Assembly: GCA_021613535.1 (NCBI GenBank)
Contig: CP075495.1
Coordinates: 1,302,001-1,366,000 of the forward strand
Direction of reading: 5' to 3'
Length of the DNA: 64,000 nucleotides
DNA from: Adineta vaga
Lineage: Eukaryota; Animalia; Rotifera
Positions 37,919 through 49,415 of the stretch are shown here, one piece after another (the stretch's first letter is position 1; each line of letters starts with the position of its first letter). The position numbers and the translations under genes were made by a program. The notes under the pieces were generated by a model, which was given only the letters and a program-made list of their open reading frames with translations, was not told where the DNA came from and searched no databases.

Positions 37919-38605
37919 ATGCATAAGAATATTATTTTCGGGATTGCGATTATCTTCTCATTGATCAATCTTAGTATTCAAAGTCTTGGCAAACCAGCTC
38001 TACTTCCTGGACTTGGTGATCTTGATTTCAATTTTCTTCGAACTCCAACAAGTCCCGCTGGTCCTGGTGGTGATCGAAATCTTTGCAATTGTAATGGTGG
38101 TTCACCACAAGATGTTCTTACCGTTTCCTATCATGGTACTATTAGTCACAGTGTTGTTCTTTGTATGTGTCAAAATGCCGTCACAGGTGCTAGTCATATG
38201 ATTGAGACAATGGGTAAAGTTCCTGCACCAATTCGTCGTTATAATAAAGCAATGGTATCATCACCAGCTGGTGCATGTGGTGGTGCAGGATCAAGTGGTG
38301 ATGTTTCATATTATTGTTCAAGTAATATGCATGTTTCAGTTTTTATTCATGAATCTGCTCATTCAATGGATCGTGGTAAATCAGCATCCGGAGAATGGCG
38401 TGATGCTGTATCAAGAGATTCATGTGTACCGGATGCTTATGCAAATAGCAATTATGCAGATAATTTTGCTCAAGTTGTTGTTCTTTGGGTACATTTAGTT
38501 GGTACAAGACGTGATAAAGATTTTGGTGGAACACAATTTGCTTGTATGAGAAATCAATTACATCAAATGGCAAAATATCTTCCTGCTGATAGTATTAAAC
38601 CATAA
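37919..38605 (+). CDS. Secreted HExxH protein, fungal con-13 (conidiation-specific protein 13)-like, intronless
   Basis: Signal peptide; VFIHESAHSMD, W.DAV..DSCVPDAYANSN..DNFAQ and CMRNQL match recalled fungal con-13-like motifs. GC higher than flanks. Confidence 0.75.
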   Translation: MHKNIIFGIAIIFSLINLSIQSLGKPALLPGLGDLDFNFLRTPTSPAGPGGDRNLCNCNGGSPQDVLTVSYHGTISHSVVLCMCQNAVTGASHMIETMGKVPAPIRRYNKAMVSSPAGACGGAGSSGDVSYYCSSNMHVSVFIHESAHSMDRGKSASGEWRDAVSRDSCVPDAYANSNYADNFAQVVVLWVHLVGTRRDKDFGGTQFACMRNQLHQMAKYLPADSIKP

Positions 38606-38859
38606 ATGACTAATTTGAATAAAATATCTTCTAAAGTTTTTGAGAATTGAAACTTTTCGAAACATTCGAAAATCAATAAAAACCTTACTTGATTTTTATC
38701 AATAGATGTCGCTGCTCTACTTCGTAGGTTATCGATATGTATGCATATGATATGATAGTATTTCTTGAGAATTGATTGGATTCTCTTAAATTTCCAATAA
38801 AAAAACAGATTCTGCATTACATTACATTGAATTAATTAAGAACTTTTTTGGGCATAACA

Positions 38860-41800
38860 ATGACGAAGAATATCAGTCGCTGTCCTCATGTTGCAACGAT
38901 TGGAATTATTACCGATGAAGATTATGTCAATGCAATTCGAGTTTGTTTCATTTAATATTGTGAAAATTAGTTGATTTTAATGATCATTTTAGTCTGAAAA
39001 ATGTGAAAAATGTGATTGTTTTGGACCTCATTTATGGTTATGTTTACGTGAAGGTTGTTTATTTGTTGGTTGTGGTTCAGGTAAAGAAAAAAATGATCAT
39101 AGTAGTGATCATGAAAAAGAAAAAGCTCATCCATTACAATATAATTTAACAACAAAACGTATTTGGTGTTATGTTTGTAATCAAGAAGTTCTTGCTACTA
39201 ATGATCCATCATTCGAGTATGAAATCATTTGTTTAAATGAAAAGATAAAACATCAATAAAATTTAGATTATCATTTCTTGATCGTTCGATAAAATGTTCG
39301 AAATCAATCAGTCAATCTATTAATAATTCCGTCCAAATTAATCCCATCGACAATCCAACAGTTTATCGTCATAATGAATATGAAAGATCTTTTGAACCAA
39401 CACTTTTCGAACTTGAACATACTGATACTAATGATTTTACTCGAGGTTCGGTTTTTCATTTATCTTGAGAAGAAAATTCATCATAATGATTTTTTTTAGG
39501 TATATCAGGTTTGTACAATTTAGGAAATACTTGTTATATGAATTCAGCTTTACAAGCTCTTTCAAATTGGTAAGACAGGATGAATTTTATTTTCTAATTG
39601 TTTTTGTTTTCGTATAAAAGTGTTCCATTAACAAGTTATTTCCTTGATTGTACTTCATTTGTTTTAAATAATTCACAACGTCGTATTAATGGAGATTTAT
39701 CGTCGAATAAATCAAATGGAAGATTAGCAAAAGCTTATATAAAATTCATTGAATCCATGTGGGTAAAACCACCTAATGAAAAACAAAGGTTAGAAGACTT
39801 TATTGTTTTTGTTTTTAATTTGAATTTTTTCCGAAAAATAAATTTCAGTCAAATAATAAATCCAAGTTCTATAGCAGCAGAAATTCGTTCAATAAATCCA
39901 TCATTTCGATCTTATACACAACAAGTAAGACAGTTTCGTTTTTTTCTTTCTTTTGCAAAACAAATCATTTATTTTTATATTTTATTGTCAAAAGGATGCA
40001 CAAGAATTTCTTCGTTGTTTTATGGATGAATTACATTCGGAAATGCGTATTACTCAAACTGATTTAGATGATAAACATCGAAGTGAAAGTAGTAGTACAG
40101 AAAGTAGTGAAATGGCTCTTCTAATACCAAAGTAAGCTACAAATTTTCATCCTAAACTAACATTTTGACGATAGATCATATTGTTTCAAAAGAATTCTGA
40201 ATGAAGATGTATAATAATTTGTTTTTATTTAGTCGAAATCTCGAATCTGAATATGAAACATGTAATTCTGATATTCAATCCAGTACCGATGATAATAGTA
40301 ATGATGATGAAAAAAGTAAATATTCTTCATTAAATGAACTCGGTCAATATTCGAAAAAGAAAGTTTATCGAGATAAGTCAAAATCATTAAGTCGAACTGA
40401 TTCCGGTGTTTCATTTAATACGACGAAACAATCCGAAACACATGTGAATATCTTTGAAACAACAAAACATAAAGTAAACTCATCAGAAAAATCTTCCAAA
40501 TCAAATTTATCTCATTCGATAATCTCATCAATATTTGATGGACGTATTCAAAGTCAAATTGAATGTTTAACATGTAATCGTCGTTCAACAACAATGGAAA
40601 CATTTCAAGATCTTTCATTACCTATTCCATCAAAAGAACAAGTTGAAGTAATTTGTCATAGATATTTTATTGATTTGATATGACAAATTTTTCTTTAGAA
40701 ATTTCATTCGATACAAATTGGAAATGATGAACAAATTCTTCTGACAAATCAACAAATGATTGATCAATATAAGAATGAATCATGGTTTTCATGGTTTTAT
40801 TCTATGTTCAAAAAGTTTGTTTGACTGATTGAATCGATATTTATATAATCTTTATATTCATTAGTTTATGGACATTGAATATTTGGGGACCACCATTGAC
40901 ATTACAAGATTGTCTTCAAGCTTTCTTTCAAGCTGATGAACTTACAGGTGATAATATGTATAGTTGCGAGAAATGCGGAAAGTATGTTTGAAGAAAAATT
41001 TCATTTGGATCTTTCTCTTTTTTTCTTTGTCATTAGATTGAGAAATGGAATCAAATATTGTCGAGTTGTAGAATTACCAGAAGTATGTAAATATTGCTTG
41101 TATTATTTTTATGGTTCAGGAGATAAACGACGGCACGAAAAGCGTTCGAGTTCTATATCTAATCTTAGTGAATTGTTTATATCGTTTATTTTAGGTACTA
41201 TGTATTCATTTAAAACGTTTTCGTCATGATTCCATGATTTATACTAAAATTGGAAGTTATGTTTCATTTCCATTGGTTGATCTTGATATGACACCATTTA
41301 TTCATAAAGGTTCGTTTTGTTGATTGTTTTCTTCTTTCTATACAATAAAATCTATTTAGATTGTCGAAATAAAGTTCGTTCTTATGATTTATTTGCATGT
41401 ATTGTTCATTATGGACGAGCTGGAAGTGGTCATTATGTGACATATGCATTGAATGGTCTTAATCAACAATGGTATGAATATGATGATGAAAATGTTCGAC
41501 AAGTTGATTCATCAACTGTACAAAATGCTGAAGTTTATGTTCTCTTTTATCGGTATTTGAAGAGTTCAAAGAAATATTCTTCATTAAAATTTTCTCTTTT
41601 CTAGAAAAAAAGAATCAAATTACAGTGAAACATATGAAACAATTCGTCATTTACTATCAAGAGATCAAGTTCGTATTTTTCTCCAAATAATAATGTCAAT
41701 ATAACTCATCACACTCTCTCTCTCTCTCTTAAGGATTATCTTCTTCCATTTTATATCTCACGTTCATGGATCAATCGATTTTTTTATGTTGCTGAACCTG

Positions 41801-42839
41801 GACCAATAACAAATAATGATTTCTTATGTAAACATGGAGGTTAGTTTGAATCAATTTGATCTTTATTTTTCTAATCGATTTTTCTTCACATTAGGTGTAT
41901 TACCATATCATTGGAGTGTTATTAATGATCTTGTTTGTCCAGTACCTGAAAGTGTCTGGCAATATTTATCTGAAAAGTATTAGAATTACGAAAACAAAAC
42001 CCGTAAAATACACATTGATATATTTTATAGATATGGTGGATCGCCAGTATGTAATATCTTATATCCATGTCGAAAATGTCAGTTAGAAGATGAAAATTTA
42101 AAATGTCGTCAACGTTCAGAGAAAAATACATTCTTACAGGTATGTTATAAGTATATATATATTTTTTCTTTCGAAGATAATTATAAATTTCATGACACAT
42201 AAAAAGATGAAATTCATATTGAAAAGGCGAACTAGTGACTAAATTTATTCGAATGGTTTAACGACTGATATGGCCGATGTTCGAATCCACATGAGGGAAA
42301 TGTGTCATATGATGAAAACGCATTGGGCACCGAGACTAATGACGATTAACATTGAAATCACCAACCTACCTTCTGATGACACAATAAAAATAATCTTTTC
42401 TTTTCTAGTTAAAACGTTTCGAAAAAGAAACGGATGCGATTTATGCACTCAGTCCAAATTGGTATCGTGATTGGGAAAATTTTGCTTGTGAAAAATCTTC
42501 AGGTAAAATTTCAATACTTTTTTTTTATTCATTCCGATTGTTTCTTTGTTATTTAGAACCACCTGGTCCAATATCCAATGCAGGAATCTCTACAACAAAA
42601 AATGGCGTGAGTCGTCTACTACGACGTGGTATGTTTTTACTTTTCTATAAAAATCTTTTCAAACTCGAATATTTCTTTCTTTTTCAGATTGTAATCATCT
42701 TCAAGTAAGTGAATCAATATGGAATTTCTTATTTTCAATCTATGGTGGTGGTCCAGAATTATTAATTCGATCAAATTCTACAATAAATGTGGATGATCAA
42801 ATATCATTGAACAATAAACCAGCTGTGACTTTTGTTTAA
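38860..42839 (+). CDS. USP20: Ubiquitin-specific protease of the USP20/USP33 group (zf-UBP, USP, two DUSP domains), many exons
   Basis: CPHV and [12 protein letters not shown] zf-UBP, Cys box [22 protein letters not shown]|[25 protein letters not shown], His box [20 protein letters not shown] and YGGGP. USP20 versus USP33 cannot be separated. Confidence 0.93.
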
Positions 42840-43103
42840 ACAGAACCACATCAGCTTTTCTTTCTTTGTTATGTCCGATCAATGTTTATTTATTTCGTTC
42901 TTTGCAATTTAATAGTTTTCTTTTATGCTCTTAAAAAAGAAGAAGAAGAAAAAACAAACCTTCAGAAGAATTAACAAAATATGTGTCAATCATTTCATGA
43001 GAAAAGAAAAAGGAGTTTGATCGTTTTACTTTTTACAGATTATATTTTTGATTATAAAACTAAAAAAGTAAGTTGAAGGCGCATTTGTTTTTAGTTTAAT
43101 TCC

Positions 43104-44380
43104 ATGGTATCACCATTGAGAACATCGTTTGCTCGTCGTTCCTATTTGAAATTTTATCTCAAATGTACACTTTGTATTTTGATAATTTATTATTTAAATT
43201 TAATCTTTGGTTGGAAATATTATGCGTGGTCAGAGAAATCTTTTGAAGAAGAATATAATGCAAATATGTTACATATTGATGCAACAAAAATTGAAGAAAA
43301 TCCAGAACAAATTCTTGGTCCACCGAAAAATATTCTTCCAAATCATTTTCTAATTAATAATGAATATTTATGTGGTCGATCATTAGATCCTCAGACACGT
43401 CTCTATCCACATGTTCTCATTTTAGTAAGATCATCATCGGATAATGTCAAAGAAAGACAAGCAATTCGATCAACATGGGGAGATAAAACTCGTTTGAAAA
43501 AAGGCGATTTTCGTTTAGCTTTTGTTTTAGGTAAATTTTATTTTTCTTATTAATTTTAAAAAGAATATTAAATAAAGATTTTTCTCTTTAGGGACCAATG
43601 TACATAATTCAAGTGTTGAAGATGAAGCAAAGAAATATGGTGATATTATTCAAATTGATAAAGATGATTACTATTATCATAGTTCTTGTAAGTTAATTTT
43701 GTTTAAATATTAAGATAAAATCGTTTTTTTTTGCTTTTGTTTTTTTCATTGAAGATAAAATGATAATGATGCTTCGATGGATTACTGATTATTGTACAAC
43801 AAAATCTTCTCGAACATCATATATGGATCTTCGAAATTATGTTTTATTTGTTGATGATGATTATTTTGTTGATATTGATGTTTTATTATTATATATTCGT
43901 GGTATTGATGAAGATCCTGATATGACTACATATGAAAGACGAATATTTATAACGGGTGAACTTATCGAAGGATCTCGTCCTCAACGATCTATTAATGATC
44001 GTTATTATGTCTCATTAATTGATTATCCCTATGATTATTATCCATCATATATATCAACAGGATGTTTTCTAATGACACGATATAATGCTCGTTTATTTTA
44101 TATTGCATCACAATATGTTCGTTTATTTCATTATGATCATGTCTATATAGGACTTGTAGCTTATTCGATGTCGATTAATTTCATTCGAAATAATGAACTT
44201 TTTCCTATAACAATTTCTTCGACAATCAATCAAACGAAATTCTTATCAAAATGGAAAGATATATTTCAGACAAAAGTTGATAAATCTATTGCAAAAAATC
44301 CTATTTGTCTTCATGGATATAGTGCTGAGAAATTAATTAATATTTGGAATGACTTACATTCGATGAATTCAACATTTTAG
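43104..44380 (+). CDS. GT31 beta-1,3-glycosyltransferase (brainiac/B3GALT-like), 3 exons
   Basis: Type II TM anchor, ILVRS, RQAIRSTWG, FVLG, E...YGDIIQ, FVDDDYFV (DxD), YPSY, DHVYIG. Confidence 0.9.
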
Positions 44381-44529
44381 TTTACCTTCATGTCAGATAA
44401 TTATTTTTATGAAGTGTGTTTTGTTTTTTTAAAGATAAAGAAAAAAGAATATACGATAAGAAATGTATATAAAAACGAGAGAATGCACAGTTTTGTTTTC
44501 TCCCTAGATGTGAATAGTATAATTCTCAA

Positions 44530-47500
44530 ATGAAAATAGATCAATTTCTTTGTGGAGTTATTGAAGGTAGATTATGAGAGAAATGATGTCAATGTATTGA
44601 TGTCTATATTTTAGGTTATTATGGTCGTCCATGGTCATTTAATCAACGACGAATACTTTTTGAAAAGTTTGTATTCTTTTGTTTTTTATTACATTTCTTT
44701 TTTTTGTATTGTCAATAGTTGTTTAAAATTTGGTTTGAATACATATGTTTATGCACCGAAGGATGATGCAAAACATCGATCACGTTGGAGAGATTTGTAT
44801 ACAAATGAAGAATCAAATGAATTAAGTCAATTAATTCATTTAGCTAAACAATTTGGTATTAATTTCATTTATGCATTATCACCTGGTCTGGATATAATCT
44901 ATTCATCGGACAAGGATTTAAATGCATTGAAACGAAAATTTGATCAAGTAAATCAATTGGAATTTATATCGAATAGTTTTTATATTTATTTATTTATTTA
45001 TTTAGTTATCAAGTCTTGGTTGTGAACATTGGGCATTATTATTTGATGATATTGAAAATGAAATGTCACAACAAGATAAAGATCATTTTGCATCATTTGC
45101 ACATGCACAAGTTGCTGTTACAAATCAAATCTATGATTATTTAAATAAACCTAATATTCTTATATTTTGTCCAACAGGTTCGGAATTAGTTCTCAAAACA
45201 TAATTTATTTATTTCTATATGATTTAATTTTAGAATATTGCAGTCGAATGGCTGACCCATCTTTAGAAAAATCGGCTTATTTACAAACAATTGGTAATGG
45301 TCTTCATCCTGATATTGATATTTTTTGGACAGGTATAATTCGCGCGTATGAAAGTTTCGTGAAATTTACTTGTATGTTTTCCTTTCAGGACCAAAAGTAG
45401 TTTCGCGTCGAATAACAGTTTCACATATTTTATCAGTTAATAGTGTTTTACAACGTCGTGTAACGATTTGGGATAATTTGAATGCGAATGATTATGATCA
45501 ACGTCGTTTATGTATGGGACCATTGGCTGGTCGTTCATCGAATCTATCATCACGATTATCGGGAATGTTAACAAATCCGAATTGTGAATTTGAATTAAAT
45601 TTTATTCCAATAAATACATTAGGACAATGGTTTGAATCAATAAAAATGAATGAAAAACGAGAAAAAATCGATGATAATGATGATAATAATATTGAAAAAA
45701 CTGATCTTTATCAAGTTGATAAAGCATTTCATCATGCTCTTATTCAATGGTTACCTGAATTTAATAAAACCAAATCAGCTAATGATTCATTACAAGGTTT
45801 TAAGGTAATTATTACTCGGTTTTGCTTCGTATTTCATTCGTTGGTATCTTCCGCATGTTCATTTTTCAGATTGATCATTCACCACAAGCAATGAGTCCAA
45901 AGATAACAGTATTATCTTCATTAAATGATGAAGATTCTCAAGATTCAATTACTGAACATGTTCCAACCACATCATCTGCTACAAAAGTTCATACAATGGA
46001 ATGTGATGCTCACGGTCATGTCATCGATTTAACGTTAGATGATATTCGTTTTCTAGTTGAATTATTCTATTTACCCTATGAACATGGACCAAATGTTCAA
46101 CAAATGTTTCTAAATTTTTATTGGTTAAGATATAATTATAATCCACATCAAGATGTAAAGATAAATTTGCGAACATAGAAAATAAAAGAGAATCATATTT
46201 TTTCATTCTTTAGTTAAATGAATGGCGTTGTCGTGCTGCAATATTTCATAATCATGCAAAAACTCTTGCACGTTTACTTCAAAAATTAGTATCGATTCAT
46301 AATCGTGCATTACTTTATGATATTTATAATTATATCAATGATATTAATTCAACAGCAAATCTTTGTTCAAAATATCTTCAATGGCTTGGTAAAAAAATAC
46401 GTTTTTCTTTTTCGATTTGTTTCGAATTATATATTTTCTTTAGATAATGATCATAAAAGAACATCAGTATTTATGTCCGGTGATGTTGAACCATGGTCAA
46501 TACGTGGTGGTCTAGCAGGAGATTTTCTTGTTCGTTATTTTCTATATTTTTCAAATATTCAATCAATATTTCTATTCGTTTTATATAGAATATTCTTCCA
46601 TTAGGAGATTTTCAATCATTGATTAAATTAGATATGAATTCTTCATCGAATATGTATATTATTCGACCATTAACTTCCAATGATCAGGTTTGACAATGTT
46701 AATTAATAATAAAACATGAGCCGCCTAATTGAATAGATAGGAATAGTTTTATTTCGGTTACCATAGATTATAATTCAAAATTCTTCACATATATGACTGT
46801 AGGAGCACTATTTGAAAACTGTCATTTATATTCGAAATCGAATCAGATAGTTACTCCGTGTTTTCTAGCCATCTATGTATGCATTGTGTACAACAATTTG
46901 TTATCAAGATGATGTCGATGAACTACTTAATCAACATTCAGAAATCTTAGCAGACAAGTTTGTAATTTTTGATGGTTCGAGAATGACAAGGATTTGTTTT
47001 CGTAGGATGATTGGTGGATATTTATCAAATTCATTGAATACATCTGTTCTTTGCTTTGGTATTGATAATAATGATGATCATTTATGTGGATTTGTTTTAA
47101 CAATAAATGAAAGTGAAAAATATGATAAATTTCTTCAAAATAAATGGCTTGAACAACTTCATGAAAAATATCCTAATGTTAATCAAGTAAATTCAGATAA
47201 AAACAAATATGTTTATTAATAATTTTACTTAGGATTTTTTTGAAATTATCGAATGTCCACAATGGATTTATGAACGTTATTCTGTTCGTATACAAATCTA
47301 TCTTGATTCAACGATAAAATCTGATCAAATTTATTCTTTAAGCAATAAATTAATGAAAATTTTGATCAATAATTTATCCAAACAAGGTTTATTGAAACGA
47401 ATTCTTTTCAATTAAACACTTCATTTTACTTCTCTCATTTAGGTTATCATGGTTGTCATGCATTAATAGATGAAAGAAATACTTATTTACATCATCTTTA

Positions 47501-47576
47501 TCTTCAACTCGGTTTTATTGATATACCAATGATTGAACAAGATAATCATATAATTCTTGTTGGAAAACAGTTTTGA
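44530..47576 (+). CDS. OGA: Protein O-GlcNAcase (GH84 plus C-terminal pseudo-HAT domain), many exons
   Basis: CGVIEG|YYGRPWS, YVYAPKDDAKHR, YALSPGLD, catalytic LFDDI, FCPT|EYC, WTG|PKVVS, WDNLNANDYD, NPNCEFELNF, ELFYLPYEHG, EPWSIRGGLAGDF. Confidence 0.96.
46715..46800 (-). repeat. Dispersed AT-rich repeat, copy 3 (in an enlarged OGA intron)
   Basis: Reverse complement reads agtcatatatgtgaagaattttgaattataatctatggtaaccgaaataaaactatt...gctcatg, matching 28889-28970. Confidence 0.75.
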
Positions 47577-47670
47577 TGATTCATTTTAATAAAAAGCAAA
47601 ATATAGATTTTTTTTCGATCACAGAGCAAGTTAGTTGATATAAAATTTCTTTTAGATAGACTATAATACA

Positions 47671-48739
47671 ATGAGTTCACTTCTAATGAATGATAAACAT
47701 GAAATACCTCGATTAGCTTTGGGTACATTTACAACTTCGAATGAAGAAATCAGTGCAGTAATTGAAACAGCTTTATCTACTGGTTATCGTCATCTTGATT
47801 GTGCTTGGATTTATGGTAATGAAAAAGGTATTGGACAAGGTTTGACAAATCAAATGAAAAAAAATGAAATTAAACGATCAGATTTGTTTATTACTGGTAA
47901 ACTTTGGTGTTCATTTCTTAAAACTGAACGTGTTCGTCAACAATGTTTAATGTCTATTAATGATCTTCAATGTCAATATCTTGATCTATTTCTTATTCAT
48001 TGGCCATTTGCGTTTGCTGATCGAGTAAAATTTCAAGAATTTTATTTTGATTTTTTTCAAATTCATCTCGCTTAGGATCCAAATGAGAATGATGATAAAG
48101 AATTAGAATTAGCTGATGATGTAGATTTTACTGACACATGGAAAGCAATGGAAACATTAGTTGACGAAGGATTAGTTAAATCAATTGGTGTATCGAATTT
48201 TACGGAAGAGCAAATTGAACGTGTTCTTAAAATATGTAAATATAAACCAGTTGTTAATCAAGTTGAAATGCATCCATATTGTCCTCAAATAGAATTAGAA
48301 GCATATTGTAAAAAACATCAAATTCTTCTTGAAGCTTATGCACCATTAGGTAGGAATTTATAGATCAGAAAGGAAAGTTTTATAAGATTTTTATTTAGGA
48401 GCGAAAGATCGTGCATGGAAAACAAAAGATGATCCAGAAATTTTAGAAGATAAAACAATAAAATCACTTGCAGAGAAATATCATGTTCATCCAGCAGCCA
48501 TTCTTCTTCATTATATTATCGATCGAGATGCTGTTTGTATTGTTAAATCAGCAAATCATCAACGAATCAAGGAAAATTTCAATTTATTTCAAGAGCATCA
48601 ATTTAAATTAAACAAAGAAGATTATGAGAAAATTCATCAAGAAATTAAAATTCGTTTTCGATATTATAAAATGACAGATGCATGGAATGCTAAAGAACAT
48701 CCATTTAAACAATGGGAAGATTTTATTCCAAAAGAATGA
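47671..48739 (+). CDS. Aldo-keto reductase (AKR1-like), 3 exons
   Basis: [33 protein letters not shown] (D-Y-K-H tetrad intact), [24 protein letters not shown]. Confidence 0.95.
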
Positions 48740-48815
48740 TCGAAGAATTAATTCTATTTGATTTATATTAAATAAATATTATTAATCATTCCTTTTCAAC
48801 ATAAAATTCATTTGT

Positions 48816-49277
48816 TTTTAGCGTACTCAAAACTACTGTGATCGGTCTGTGGGACCGGTCGTCCGTTTTCACGATAACTCTTCGCAACTACATTCGATTG
48901 AGCTGAAATTTTGTGCACATAATTGTCTCATCAATATCTTGAGATGGTTGAATTATCAAAAAAATTGTCATTATTGGACAGATCATCCCTGAGGGGGGAT
49001 ACAGGCGTTTTTTGAAAAACTCTTTTTTTCTCGAAATTATTTAAAACATAAATGAATCGACTCAGTTTTTAATGCTGATTCCGAATCTGATATTGGTTTT
49101 GAGTCAAATCGTAATTTCCGAATGAAACAATGCTTGAAAAATAAGTCATCAGAAATCTTGCTCATCGAAAAATTTCTCTTAATAATTTTGATGTTTAGAC
49201 ATTCTAGAATGATTCATCTCTCTCATACACTTTACGTAGTACACATAACTCTCCGATAAATAATCAAAATAGTTTTT
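48816..49277 (+). mobile_element. DINE-1/HINE-like non-autonomous element between convergent genes
   Basis: GC-richer insert in T-rich flanks, rough subterminal IR TTAGCGTACT / AGTACACATAA, GTCCGT..CACGATAACTC..CGATTGAGCTGAAATTT segment, and GCTGATTCCGAATCTG motif related to the 22.5-kb repeat motif. Confidence 0.5.
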
Positions 49278-49415
49278 CAATCCTATCCAATATGGTGAAT
49301 ATAGTCTATTATGTTCATAAAAAAAAACGATGCTAAAACGCAACAGAATTCGTGATTAAATACAACGAAAACAAAAAAAAAAGTTCGAAGTTTTTTGTTT
49401 GTTATTATCCTCCAA

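Noticed and set aside
37986-38573. Overlapping alternative-frame and antisense ORFs in the con-13-like gene (and similar shadows at 3690, 17433, 49688, 62110)
   Set aside because: Typical shadow ORFs of biased codon usage with no independent motifs.
43104-47576. Functional GlcNAc writer/eraser pair (GT31 next to OGA)
   Set aside because: GT31 enzymes are Golgi-luminal and OGA is nucleocytoplasmic; adjacency alone is not evidence.
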